A DNA stretch of 64,000 nt, taken from positions 63,054,001 through 63,118,000 of the forward strand of contig NC_043006.1 in assembly GCF_006345805.1 (NCBI RefSeq), written 5' to 3'. Source of the stretch: Octopus sinensis. Its lineage: Eukaryota. Each line of letters begins with the position of its first letter. Position 1 is the stretch's first letter. The translations under genes were made by a program, and so were the position numbers. Positions 26,811 through 40,110 of this stretch are shown in pieces. The notes under the pieces are model-generated. The model was given only the letters and a program-made list of their open reading frames with translations, was not told the origin of the DNA and did not search any database.

Positions 26811-28047
26811 CCTTATTTAAAAGCATATCACTCTACCTCTGGTATTTGAGTACTCTATTTTCCACCTTGTTTCACATTTATCTGTTTACTCCGGTGTCAT
26901 CCGAGAGTAAATCAAAAATTTCATTAATACTATCTGTAACTATCTGTATTGACTCGAATGGAAAAATGTGTCGCTTAGGAAGGACTTCAGTTTCAAAAAA
27001 TGTTCATGATGTTCATATTTAGATGCTTTTATTAAATTCATTCAGTTGTTAAACATAAATAAATGTTGGGTGTGTGTGTGTGTGTGAGATTGCAGGTCAG
27101 CTCTAACATATTTAGTTGATTATTTAATGATATTCAATAGGACTCTGATTTTTAAAATATTAATAATTTAAAGTAGCCCAAAATTCGATAGTAGTGTGCA
27201 GTGTTCAAAAGCAGTACTAATACTTTACTTGTAGTCCAGTCTGGAAACCCTAGCCTGGTTAAATATATTAAAGAGAAACAGGATTGGCTGGAGAAACAAT
27301 TATTATAGTGCAAATGTAGTTCAGTTCACATAATCAATAATTTGTAATTAAACAGAATGTCGTGACTGAAAGGGAAATGCAGTTGTGCAATATATAATTA
27401 TATGTATGTAAAGTTGTCGGTTCTTCATAATCTTCAAATGAAATGAACTAAGAAGTCTTAGTGTTCATCTCGTCGTTTGCGAAATAAATGTAAGTAGTTA
27501 TAATTAGAATTCAAAGTTGAGTCTATTCGTTGAGCTTACTCGTTACAAGTCGCATGTATAGAACTAGCAATACATTTTTTCTGAGAATTAGACAACGTTC
27601 CATCTGAAGTAAGGATGGGCAGAGAAGCAATAATCTAGTGTTTCTTCATACATACATCAGTTAGTTTACAAAGAAACGGGTTCTTGAGTTCATAATTTAT
27701 AACAGAAGTTATTAGTATAAATTAGCCGATAGCCCAGAGGACAAGAATGTAATCGATTCTTATTCTTTTGTAAATAATTTGACGATATCATTCATGTACG
27801 TATACATAGTAACACTTAAAAAATGAATGCCTTTCTTGGAGAAAATTATGTCATAATACTGCAACAATATAAAGAAATAATTAAAACAGCTATTCAGTAA
27901 AATTAGAATGATTGGTTCTCTTATAAGTATCTTCTGAATCAGACTCCTTTGAGATTTGCGCTTTGATAAACAACTAAATTGTATGAGCACATCTCCCTAC
28001 ACACATGCGCACACACAAAGAGCCTGACACACACACATACATACAAG

Positions 28048-28048
<1 letters not shown>

Positions 28049-28094
<46 letters not shown>

Positions 28095-28164
28095 GTAGGT
28101 AGGTAGGTAGGTAGGTAGGTAGGTAGGTAGGTAGGTAGGTAGGTAGGTAGGTAGGTAGGTAGAT
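28049..28164. repeat. (GATA)n-(GGTA)n compound microsatellite; other (GATA)n arrays at 36467-36782 and ~58740-58918
   Basis: Directly visible. Confidence 0.95.
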
Positions 28165-28499
28165 AATCAACGTTGTAATACCATAATCCGTGAAACAGAA
28201 GACATTTTATTTAATGTGTCAGATGATCACTACAAAAGGAATGTGATGACTGTCCGCAAACTTTTAGGCGCCAAACCAGTCTTGGGACAGAAATGTTAGC
28301 ACTGACAGTACACACTCGGGCGCGCATGCACAAGCAAGTGCAACAAACTAATAGAAACAGAAATTCAAAGAGAAAAAAATAAATGACTTAAACATTAATC
28401 AGGTTGACACAAACTCCCCTTCCTCACATGAAGACAGAAAGTGAAACATTTAAAGGAAATAGTCTAAATATGAAATTATTTCTTTTAAATGCACAGCGG

Positions 28500-28515
28500 T
28501 TCATTATTATTATTA

Positions 28516-28551
<36 letters not shown>

Positions 28552-28554
28552 CAT

Positions 28555-28610
<56 letters not shown>

Positions 28611-28770
28611 TTGTTGTTGTTGTTATTTACTGCTAATCTGCATGTTTGTTGCAATCACTTACTAAGATACCAGGCGATACTAGGGCGAGCGAAGAATAAG
28701 AGATGTTACAGTATGAATGAAAGCTTTGGGAGGGGAAGTGGCAGGGGCAGTAATGAAATATCTTTATGCA

Positions 28771-28840
<70 letters not shown>
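28500..28840. repeat. (ATT)n-(AGT)n-(TTG)n compound trinucleotide tracts; also (ATT)n at 17615-17697
   Basis: Directly visible. These tracts explain the poly-L/V/I/N ORFs. Confidence 0.95.
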
Positions 28841-28841
<1 letters not shown>

Positions 28842-28919
28842 TTGGCTTTTGTCTTGTGTTTGAACGTAAAGAACGACCCTTCATCAGAGGTCGGTCGTCC
28901 ATCTTCTCATTTCTAGCAC

Positions 28920-29178
28920 TGAACGATAATATGAGTCTTCGAAAGGCAGTTGCCCCCACAAACCAAAATAATAATTGGGATTGCGGAGGGTCAAAGTTGG
29001 TAACAAAAACAGTTTTTACCTTCGCCTGGTCTAACGACTCTCCCTGATTGTTTTCGTTCGGTTTCTTTGTATGTCTCCACTGTCATGTTTTTTGTAACGA
29101 ACTTTGATGCTTGCAAATCCTAAATTTTATTTTCGTTTACAGGAGCAACTGCCCTTCGAAGACCCATATTATTGTTCA
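28920..29178. repeat. 37-bp inverted repeat pair (28920-28956 / 29142-29178)
   Basis: TGAACGATAATATGAGTCTTCGAAAGGCAGTTGCCCC vs GGAGCAACTGCCCTTCGAAGACCCATATTATTGTTCA: 33 of 37 positions are complementary, and all 4 differences are transitions. Confidence 0.9.
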
Positions 29179-29267
29179 TTTGTTTCTCTTCTTGTTTATG
29201 TAATCAACTCGTTTGTTTTCGTATTTCATGTTATTTACGGTTTTCGACGTCCTGTACCCATATATGC

Positions 29268-29298
<31 letters not shown>

Positions 29299-30759
29299 AT
29301 ATTATATATATATATATACATAAGTATATGTATATATATAGATATATATATGTGTGTATGTATGTATATATGTATATATATATATGCATATATACATATA
29401 TATATTCTTTATATATAGAGATATATTTGTGTGTGTGTGTGTGTGTGTGTGTTTGTGCGTGTGTGTATGTAGTTTATAGATCTAACGTAGGTAGAATCAG
29501 CAGTAATTGTACTCCACTCACTAAGAGATAAATATCCATTTAATACACAACTGAAGGCATTACTAATAGTTTCATGCTTTTATGATACTTAAACTAGGCA
29601 TATTATCTTCAAGCAAATTTGTAGGCTCTGTTTATGCGTTATATATGTTTTCAAAACAAGGACACTGGAAAGTGAGAAAATATGAAGAAACGAGAAGGAA
29701 AACGCGAAGAAGGTTGATGCAAATAATGGAACGAGAAGAAAGAAACGAAAGCAAGAAAACTAAAATCCCTGTCTTCTGTGAATGCAGACACCACAATTAA
29801 TGCAGCTGGTACAGAACAAAATAAGAGAAAATGCGTCAAAGTCTGCGAAACTGTAAAGCAATCCAGAGCGGTGGGTGTCCTCAAATTCAACAAAAGAAAC
29901 CTGTCCATGTGTTTGCACCTTCTAAACATTTTAGACCTACAATTAAGCAGAGTACAAGGATAGTCTCTTGAGGTATTTAATTACCTTTTACATTCTATCT
30001 TTAAACGCTGTAGATGTCTAGACTACTTAATGCTTTATTCTGCTGAATTTGGTGAAATAACTACCATCTCAATATAATGAGGAAAATATTTGACAATGTC
30101 TTCCTCTATAATGTATAACCTTGAACCAATGTAACAAGTTATTATTAAAACTGTTAGATCATCAATACTATGTCTGTGGATTTGATTTTGTACAACCTGG
30201 CAAGAACACGTTTAATACTCTTTACATCTCCTCGAGTTATTTTTTTTATTTCTTAAATGTATAGAAAATATACAAGCAAGAGATGTGAACGCTCAACTAA
30301 ACTAATCATTCAACCACTACCGTGGTTGAATATATTCTTAAGTCCACCATTTCGTCAATCGCAGCAGCTTCGAAGCTTGGCCGCTAATTCACTTCTCAAC
30401 TAAATTGCAAGTCACCTCCCCAGCTACACTTTGGCATGAATAGTTTGAGATTTGGTTGAGTAGAAAAAAAGTTACATCAAAATATATCAGACCTCAAGTG
30501 GGCTGTAAGGCAGATATTCATCTTCAACTAACATGAAATTTTTAATTTTAAATTAAAAGTATACTTTTCATGGGTTTAAATGATAGAAAAAATGCATGAA
30601 GAATTCAGAATCGTTGGTCGCATTGAACAGAAATTAGTACAAAGACAGTTATGAGGTAAAAATGTTACGATATTTAATATCAGTAAATGAGGAAGTAAGA
30701 GGTAACGCCTAAGCAACAAAGATAAGAATATATTTCTAAAGTTAATGCCTGCATCCTAT

Positions 30760-30862
30760 GGCAGCGAGCTGGCAGAAACGTTATTTCGCCGGATGAAATG
30801 CTTCGCGTTATTTCGTCTATTATTCCTTTTTGAGTTCAAATTTCACCGAGGTCGACTTTGAC
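30760..30862 (+). mobile_element. SINE family A, 5' fragment
   Basis: GGCAGCGAGCTGGCAGAAACGTT...GAGTTCAAATTTCACCGAGGTCGACTTTG. Confidence 0.75.
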
Positions 30863-31784
30863 GTACAGATTATGTAATTAATTTTTTTAACTAAATACTT
30901 TCAAACTTCAGATACTGGTAGAATGTGTCACATAGAACAGGTTTTACTCTTGCCGTTTTTGACAAAATGTTGTATTTTAGAAGATATTTTGTCAGAAGAT
31001 ACAGAGTGACAATGGATAAATTCGTGTTTGATAAAATGCCAATACACGAAACTCTCAGCTTTCGGTTTACTCTCTAACTTCTGCCGATGATATATATACA
31101 TATGACATGTATGGGTTAAAAAACTTTCATCACGCAATCGAACCAATGAAAGATCTTCTACTTGGTTGATCGATACGCTAAAAATAGCAGCCAAATTATC
31201 CACTACCTAAATCACTCACCCATTGTATGTAATATCCTAGATTACCCCTAAAAAGACGGTTTGCTGAAGGCTGGAATGTCTTTGATGATAGGTTTACAGT
31301 ATCAGGGTTGATTTGAGGCTAAATAACAAGATTATGGTAAATTTCTATATTAACACCATACGATTTTCACTCAGAAAAGAAAAGAAAAAAAAATTATTTT
31401 TAGCCTGGAATCAAGTACCCTGACCTCCTAATATGATGCAAATCCCCTATTTTGGTTTGGAAAAAAATTAAGTGGGGGGGGGGGGCACCAATCTCAGAAT
31501 CACTGGATTGTTTTCGTTGAATGAATTCATGTGACCTTCTAATATTGCAAAATTAGGTTACTTAAAGTGAGTCTGGTAACTGATGGTTTTGGGGTTTTGT
31601 TGCTTGTAACTTTTGATGAGCTATGGTGCAACCAACAACATGATAAAAATCCCTACCATTAATTTGATGGGGATGGCTAATATCGAATAATTCAATCACA
31701 ACATATATTTAAATTAAACATGTAAAAAATTGAAATATTATCATCACTTACATGGAAAAATTGAAATATTATATTCCAGTATTT

Positions 31785-32692
31785 TAAGAAACGTTTTACT
31801 TAAAATATTGCAGCAAAGAATGCCAGTTCTTCTAATTTATCACTCTTTACAGTTATCATCTTTTAAATTTATTGTACAAAACTGTTCAGCTAATTTGTAA
31901 GTTTGTTTAATTAGTCACTTTTCTGTATTTAAGGCAGTAAATTACCAACTTCTACTTAAATAAGTATAATGTTATTTGTAAACTTTAATAAAATGAGTTT
32001 TAATACTCAAATTTTAATTTTAGTGGAAATATTTTAAGTTTCTTATTCTTTACTTTACTAGAAGTAATAGCTTGTCCTATACCTTTCCAGGTGTAATAAC
32101 TTGCCCTGTACGTTTCCAGGTTTATAATAGTAAGAATATTACTTTTCATGCTCGCATTTTCCATGTAATCCATGATTTTTCCAGGCATTACTGTTATAAG
32201 ATAATCAATAATGTCTCAATTAATAATTTAAGATTTTAACTAATCTTAAATTATTAATTGAGACATTATTGATTATCTTATAACAGTAATGCCTGGAAAA
32301 ATCATGGATTACATGGAAAATGCGAGCATGAAAAGTAATATTCTTACTATTATAAACCTGGAAACGTACAGGGCAAGTTATTACACCTGGAAAGGTATAG
32401 GACAAGCTATTACTTCTAGTAAAGTAAAGAATAAGAAACTTAAAATATTTCCACTAAAATTAAAATTTGAGTATTAAAACTCATTTTATTAAAGTTTACA
32501 AATAACATTATACTTATTTAAGTAGAAGTTGGTAATTTACTGCCTTAAATACAGAAAAGTGACTAATTAAACAAACTTACAAATTAGCTGAACAGTTTTG
32601 TACAATAAATTTAAAAGATGATAACTGTAAAGAGTGATAAATTAGAAGAACTGGCATTCTTTGCTGCAATATTTTAAGTAAAACGTTTCTTA
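31785..32692. repeat. 908-bp palindrome: 451-bp arms (31785-32235, 32242-32692) with 6-nt loop TTAACT
   Basis: Identical 62-aa ORFs at 32000..32188(-) and 32289..32477(+). Symmetric positions sum to 64477 from the centre to the arm ends, and no mismatch was seen in by-eye checks. Confidence 0.95.
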
Positions 32693-34039
32693 TTCTTTAC
32701 TTTACTAGAGGCGATAGCTTGTCCTATACTTTATAGGTGTAATAAATTGTCCTGTACTTTTTCAGGTTTATATTATTCATATAAGTGGAACATAGTGTGA
32801 ACAGTGCTAGAAAATGTAGTTTTGCAACGTTTGAAATCATATTACTAAGCCATCAAATTAGTTAGAATTAAAGAGAAGAGTACAAAAAAAATGACAAATG
32901 AATTTTAGATAGCTACTATATCGAACTTATGTTTGTAAACACCATATCTTCCGTTTTTGATCTGTTAAGTGAGTTTTCCTTTAAGAGTTAAAGATAATTT
33001 TCATGCTTTATATTGTATTCAACTTTTTCAAAGTCTTTTTACATTGATAACATGAAGTTGCCTTAGATATATATCCTTGTAAATTCTTTGTGAGGAAAAA
33101 ATATTCTATAAAACAAATTGAGAATAAACAAAGAAAAAATTTTAATCTGATGGAAAATATTGTTTCTTTTTTAATGATTGTATCCAAGTTATGAAATACG
33201 TTCAAGATCTACAGGAAGAAAGTGTAAGAAGTAATATTTTGTAACAAAAAATACAAGGTGTGGAAATAATTGAACGAAAATGTCACATGTATCAAGTTTA
33301 GCATCACATAAATAGACAAAAAACAGTAGGAAAAAAGTGCAAGAAGCTCAAAAATAAAATTCCTAAATAGTAAACATTTTAAATGAAAGAAAAATACATG
33401 ATTAATTGAAAACGTTAGCAACTTAATGATGTGGATTAAGTAAAAAAAAAATCTTGAATATTATTTACAGAAATATAATACAAGATCTGAAATAAATAAT
33501 TGAACGAAAATATGGAAATATCAAATCTAGCATCACATGAATAAGCCAAAAATGTTTGAAGAATGCATAAACAGCTCCTAGAATAAAGTTCTTGAAGATT
33601 TTTTGCAGCAAACATGATTTATAAAATACATTGGCTATTTAATGTATCAAATAGAAAAAAATATTAATAAAGAACAACAAAACACTAATATCTGAGAGGA
33701 TCTTCGACTCACTTTCAGATTTTAATGTGTATTTCGATGCCGAAAGTATTATAGGAAAGAAATATGAAACATTCCATTTGAGTACATACATCCGCATGTG
33801 TGTGTGTATCTGTGTATGTATGTGTGTATCTATGTATGTATGTATGCATGTATGTATTTATGTATGTACGTACGTATGTATGTCTCTATCTGCATGTTTG
33901 TGTGTGTGTGTGTATATAGTTGCAGCTTCCAGTGCAATCAATCACGAACAATGCCTCTCCAGTGTTCAATAGCAATATAAAGAATATTCATGTCTCTCTC
34001 GGAAGCATTGTATGATCCTTTTATTTGACACGGAGTTTG

Positions 34040-34585
34040 AGTGGAACAGCGACTTACTTGAAGCAGAATGAAGAGGCACGAGCCAGGACCATTATTGGTG
34101 GTGAGTCGGTCAGTTCATTTGATGCCAAATGCCTGTCACAGGCTGCATTGGTGGAAGGCTTTGAGATGATGTTCATGTTTGATGTCGAAACTTTGTAGAT
34201 CACGACCGTAAAGCATGTGCTGAGGACGCAAGCTCTTCATACTACATTTGTTATTTTATACTCTCCTAGACGTTCATCTGGCTATATCTGAAGAGCCCTT
34301 TAGTATGTCATTTGATCTCACACTCTATAGATGTCTATGATGGTGGTGCTGAGGTATGAGAATTCATGGATTACTTCCAGATTGCAGTAGTTGTCGATGG
34401 TAATGGTAGGACAATACGCAATAAGTTTTCCTAGTACTTTCGTATTCTTGAAGCTGATGTTAAAATTGACGTCTTGAGAAGGCTCTTTAAAGCTGTCCAA
34501 GATAAGTTACAATTGTTCCACCGAGTATGTTGCCCGTGTTGCATCATCTAGAAACAACTTTTGCTGAGTACTTGCATATTTTCAT
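34040..34585 (-). pseudogene. RTE-clade LINE reverse transcriptase fragment
   Basis: LFLDDATRATYSVEQL followed by ORF 34318..34500 MDSFKEPSQDVNFNISFKNTKVLG...ITIDNYCNLEVIHEFSYLSTTI. This matches the RTE pattern LFADD...GLTISLKKTKV...ITI..YELEVVHQFTYLGSTI. Confidence 0.8.
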
Positions 34586-34626
34586 TTTAACAATCAATTG
34601 AGAGAAGTTTCCCATCTGATCTTGTA

Positions 34627-34802
34627 AGTACCTATTTCTTTTACTGCCCACAAGGGGCTAAACACAGAGAGGACAAACAAGGACAGACAAACGGATTAAG
34701 TCGATTATATCGACCCCAGTGCGTAAATGGTACTTAATTTATCGACCCAGAAATACCGCTTAGCATTTCGCCCGGCGTGCTAACGTTTCTGCCAGCTCGC
34801 CG
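34627..34802 (-). mobile_element. SINE family A with internal deletion
   Basis: Reverse complement of the head GGCGAGCTGGCAGAAACGTTAGCACGCCGGGCGAAATGC and the tail TTTAGCCCCTTGTGGGCAGTAAAGAAATAG. Confidence 0.85.
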
Positions 34803-35959
34803 TAAGTACCATCGGTTGACATTTCTAAGAACCTGCTTCAACATAACCTCGAAGAAAATGCTGAACAAGTTCGGAAAAAATCAGAGAATCCTCTTCACTT
34901 CAATAAGAATGCTGACAGTTTCTGAGGAAGAGCCATCGCACTAAATGAGACTTTTCACATCTGCGTCAAATGCATGAACGATCGTGAAAAATTTCAGATT
35001 ATACTCAGAAATCCGAAAGCTTTTGTAAGGTCAACAAATCAACAGGAAAAGTAGCTGGTTAGGCAAGGTCAGTGACTGATTGTCGCTTGATTTTCTATAT
35101 ATTGTGAGCTGGAAGGAATTCCTGTTATCTCTGGCGGCCGGGTGTTCACCACTGATGATGGGTTCAAATAGCTATAAGATGGTAGAGTTCGCTTCCCTGC
35201 TTGCAATTTATACTAGAGACTCTTCCTGGCGTTAAATACGGTAGTAACGTCGAACCGCCATGTTGATGTGGCGATAAACATTGCTTATATACCTTTATAT
35301 ACTACACCAGACTACCCATGATCCATTGGGACACCGGGAAAGTCTGAGTTTCCCAGCAACGGAGTTTTGTTTCGTGGGGTTTTTTAACGAATGTGACATT
35401 GAAATCACGCGTAAGCAGCTCCTTTCTCCAGAAAAGGAAAGATTTGGCTATTATATTTTGCACACCCTGCTACCATGTAACAAGTATTTCAGGTCATTTA
35501 TCGCAAAAAGCAGTTACGTGGTATCAGGGCGTGTTAGAAATAGCAGCCAAATCTTTAGAAGTGAGATACGTTGAATGCACTCGAAAAAAGCCTATGGAAA
35601 AAATGATTTCACACTGAGGTTACAAAATATTTATGCCAAAATAAATATTTATGCCAAAAGGAATTTTTTAAACCATTAAAATATTGTCTGTTTAAAGCTA
35701 AAATATAAATACTTATTGTACAAACAACTTACATTTTTGAAATCATATTCCCCTAAAAATATTTCTAAATTATTAAAATATTGTGTTTAACAAAAGCGAA
35801 AATAGAAACATTTTTTGTTGTCAAGTTACTGTATAATCGAAAGGCCAAGGTTATTTCCCTTTCAGGATCAAGTTAATTTCGGGAACTTTTTCCATATACG
35901 CGAAATTTGTTTCATTCCGATCGTATTTACATTTCAGGGTAGACTTAATTCATAGTTCA

Positions 35960-36284
35960 TTGTGTCTGGGGATAGCCATTCCCTTTTAGTGTCTTATTAT
36001 TTAACACACTCACCGGTAAAGGTTCCACTCATTTCCTTAAATCCTTAAATCCTTCAAAATGTTTGCATGCATGCATACATACATACATACATACATACAT
36101 GTTTATGCGCACATACACTGAACCACACACATACGCACGAACAAACAAAAAGAACCTAACTCGGGGAAACGGACTGAGTCAACGAAAAGTTTAGAAAAAA
36201 TAAATAAGTGATTGAGTGAAAACTTTACCGGGGAGAGTGTTAAATAATAAGTTACTAAAGGAGAATGACTATCTCCAGACACAA
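35960..36284. mobile_element. MITE-like element with ~80-bp diverged terminal inverted repeats
   Basis: 35960-36038 (TTGTGTCTGGGGATAGCCATTCCC...TTATTATTTAACAC...CCGGTAAAG) is the reverse complement of 36205-36284, with scattered mismatches. Confidence 0.7.
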
Positions 36285-36466
36285 CAGAATATGCGTCAAC
36301 GCACGAACCAACATAATGACTCTTGGAAACCGAAATCCAAAAGCGACGTTAATTCATAGTTTTTTCCCATTATGCGCCAGTTTACCTGAGTAACATTGCA
36401 AGCAAGCAAGATTCAATCTGAATTTTAATGTATTATAGCTATATATACATACATATGCGTGTGTAT

Positions 36467-36562
<96 letters not shown>

Positions 36563-36575
36563 GTTGGTAGTTAGT

Positions 36576-36647
<72 letters not shown>

Positions 36648-36679
36648 GATAGATAGATAGATGATAGATAGATAGATAG

Positions 36680-36782
<103 letters not shown>

Positions 36783-38437
36783 CAGCTCACATTCTTATTT
36801 TCTCTATTTTACTTACTTTCTCGCTTCGTTACTGTGTTCATTACTTAACAGTGCGTTAGATAGAGAGATGGAGAGATGAAAAGATGGATAGATATATAGA
36901 GAATACACATATACATGCAAACGTGTATATAATATATATACACACAGCAAATTTCCCAAATGTTGTTTTGAAGATTTATGATATTGATGCAGTTGTTCTA
37001 CGGTGAAACAATTTTTATATGGTAAATTAATTGAAGGGGGCACACAAATAAAAATATTACGCTATGTTAACATGAATAACGTTATATTATAATATACACT
37101 TATATGTGTAGGTAGAATCACCAACAAACATTTACCATTTAGAATCTGTATTTTCAGAATGCGAAAATATAAAAAAAGAAATATCTAAATCTTACTCCAC
37201 CAGTGCTAGAAAAGATATACTAATAATTATCTTGTAGGGAAATAAGTAAACAAACATTTGAAAGTTGAAAGGAAGCTATTGTTATTAAAAGAAATTCTAT
37301 TATTAATATTATTATTAAAAGAAACTATTATTATTAAAAGAAATTCAAAAGGCTATTCTATATTCTCCGACACGAGTCTTTGATCTTTAGCTGCACTTTC
37401 TTCAAAGCATCTCTTAACGAATTTCCTAATGTAAATTTCGAAGAATTTTGGCTTGTGTTTAATGGTTTTATTTTAAACAAATGCGCATACATTTCTTGCT
37501 GAATAAAGAAACTTGGAATATCTTCAATATAAGAAAGATTCTTATCTATGCACGAAAGAAAGTTTCTAAAACCTTATTTTGGGGGATAAATCAATGAATT
37601 CTCGATTTGCTGTTGAATATCATACTCAGATATCTTTGCGAATATTTATCTTTATGTGAGGTCACGGTGGTAAACTTTTGCATAAATCGTTTGAAAATCC
37701 GAAAACGTAAATTGAGGGTTACGATTTCAGAATTTTCAGCTTCAATTCATAGTAAATTATATTCTTAGTGTTATTTTTTATACTCTACATTTCTATTTCA
37801 ACATCTTTTTACATATCCATAGTTGAGGACCCTTATTGATATATCATATCCCTGTTAAGAATTTGTGAAGCAGTAATTCATTACAAAATAAATTAAGACT
37901 GGAACAAAGAAAAAATGTCACAAATAATATTGTTTCTGTATATACGACATTAACCTAAGTTATGAAATACATTAAGGATCTGAAAGTGGAAGCTATCAGA
38001 AATACTTTACGTATGAAATAACATATATGCATAGGTGAATACCAAATTGAACGTAAATGTTTAAGGCATCAAATCTATCTCATAAAAGCAGATAGTTATT
38101 TCAACATGCACAAGCATATCAAAATATAAAGTCTGTAAGTAATGAAGTTTTAATATCAAAGAAAACAGCGTTTTAAATTGAAACGTTAGGAATTTTAAGT
38201 TGCAGATTGAGAAAAAACGTTTGAAAACTATCGATAAAAACAATGTTAAAGGATTTTTGAGACTCATCCTCGGGCCTTCAAGGTTTATTTTGCGAGTGGC
38301 AATGTCTGAGGAAAGATTTAATTTCCTATGCACAGCGCACACACACACGCACGCACACACACACACGCACACATACGCACACACATATATAATTGTATGT
38401 ACATATATGTGTGATTGTGCGTATTTTTGTGTATACT

Positions 38438-38847
38438 CCTTTTACTCTTTTACTCTTTTACTTGTTTCAGTCATTTGACTGCGGCCATGCTGGAGCACCG
38501 CCTTTAGTCGAGCAAATTGACCCCGCGACTTATTCTTTGTAAGCCCAGTACTTATTCTATCGGTCTCTTTTGCCGAACCGCTAAGTGACGGGGACGTAAA
38601 CACACCAGCATCGGTTGTCAAGCAATGCTAGCGGGACAAACACACACACACAAACACACACACATACACATATATACATATATACAACAGGCTTCTTTCA
38701 GTTTCCGTCTACCAAATCCACTCACAAGGCATTAGTCGGCCCGGGGCTATAACAGAAGACATTTCCCGAAGATGTCACGCAGTGGGACTGAACCCGGGAC
38801 CATGTGGTTGGTTGGCAAGCTACTTACCACACAGCCACTCCCGCGCC
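38438..38847 (-). mobile_element. SINE family B, full length (tRNA-like head, CORE-like block, LINE-like tail, (AAAAGAGT)n end)
   Basis: Minus strand: GGCGCGGGAGTGGCTGTGTGGTAAG...GGGTTCAGTCCC (B-box-like)...AAAGGCGGTGCTCCAGCATGGCCGCAGTCAAATGACTGAAACAAGTAAAAGAGTAAAAGAG. Confidence 0.9.
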
Positions 38848-39059
38848 TATGTGTAAATTTTACCAACTACAGATATACACATATATATATATATATGTAT
38901 ATGTATATACATCTATCCTATCCTTTCACCATGTGGTCTTTGAGGGATCTATTGAATATATCGCAACCAGACTCTGCGACTTACCTTGGTCTTCTGCTGC
39001 TCTATGTGAGTTGGTGAAATTAAGGTCTATCTACTCTTTGATGTTATTCCACTTAGCAA

Positions 39060-40110
39060 TTTGCCTTACAAGTTGTTTGCTAGGCCAGGGCTTCTTGTGA
39101 TATGATCTTACCACTCCAGTCTCGTTTTGACTTTTGAAGCTCACTTCGTTATTCGTCACGTGTTCTTTGTGGGTGATACCGAGGATACGGCTGTAGCTTC
39201 ACACTCCCATTCAGCTCACATCTTTCCAGCTCCGCTGTCTATGTTCGAGCCTCGGAAGCGTATAGAAAAAAGGAAATGTTTCCAGACTGGCATGAATTTT
39301 GCGAGAGCTGCAGTTGCCTGTAGAAGTCATTTGAGGATTTCTAGCCTGGATCCTACGTCGGAGTTGTTAGTTCTTTTGGTATTTGATCTTGACCGTCGAC
39401 TACGGTATCAATTGTGATACGTTATGTCTCGGCCACGGTTTTGGTTTTCTCGGCAATTATTTCCACACCGCAACACTTTGAGGTACTGTGTAACCGTTTC
39501 ACCAACTTTCCCGTTCTATTTTTAGTCCTAAGAGACTATCGATGTCGTTGACGAATCGGAAGTTTGCAACAGCTCTTCCTCGAATGCTGAAAGGGCTTTT
39601 AAGTTCTTCGGTGTACATCCAGCATAATTCGTTCAAGGAAGATGTTGAAAAGGGTAGGTGAGAGAAGATATCCTTGACGTAATCCTATTGTTGTTCTAAA
39701 GCAGTTATCGATCGCTCTGTTGTAGTAGACAGAACTACTCACTTTCTCGTATAGCTGTTCTGATGTCTTCAATCAGATTAGAACTGATGGTTACTTTCAC
39801 ACTGTAACCCACAACATTTCGTGCCGAACCGTGTCGCGGAACTTTTAAGATCTGTGATGAGGTAGTATAATTTTCTTTGATGTTCTTAATATTTTCCTCA
39901 AATATTCTGAGATTTAATAGCTATTCCAGAGTGCTTCTGCGTTCCCTGAAACCAGCCTGGTCTTCTGCAGTTATTCTTTCAGCTTGGGATTTTAAAATGC
40001 TTAGACTGATTCTCAACAATACGTGTTGAGGTAACTGATGAAGCTGATCGTGCGGCAGTTATTGCACAGTTTGAGGTTACCATCCTTGGACAGAGTTTTA
40101 ATGAGAACTG
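39060..40110 (-). pseudogene. RTE-clade LINE reverse transcriptase remnant
   Basis: Minus-strand IGLRQGYLLSPTLFNIFLERIMLD, NFRFVNDID (decayed FADD), LYASEA and RILGITHKEHVTNNEV. Confidence 0.85.

Noticed and set aside
30928-31203. 91-aa ORF faintly resembling PLE RT (KP...YW.FI)
   Set aside because: Catalytic aspartates are absent and the similarity is too weak.
32000-32477. Two identical 62-aa ORFs on opposite strands
   Set aside because: They result from the palindrome; there is no recognisable protein motif.
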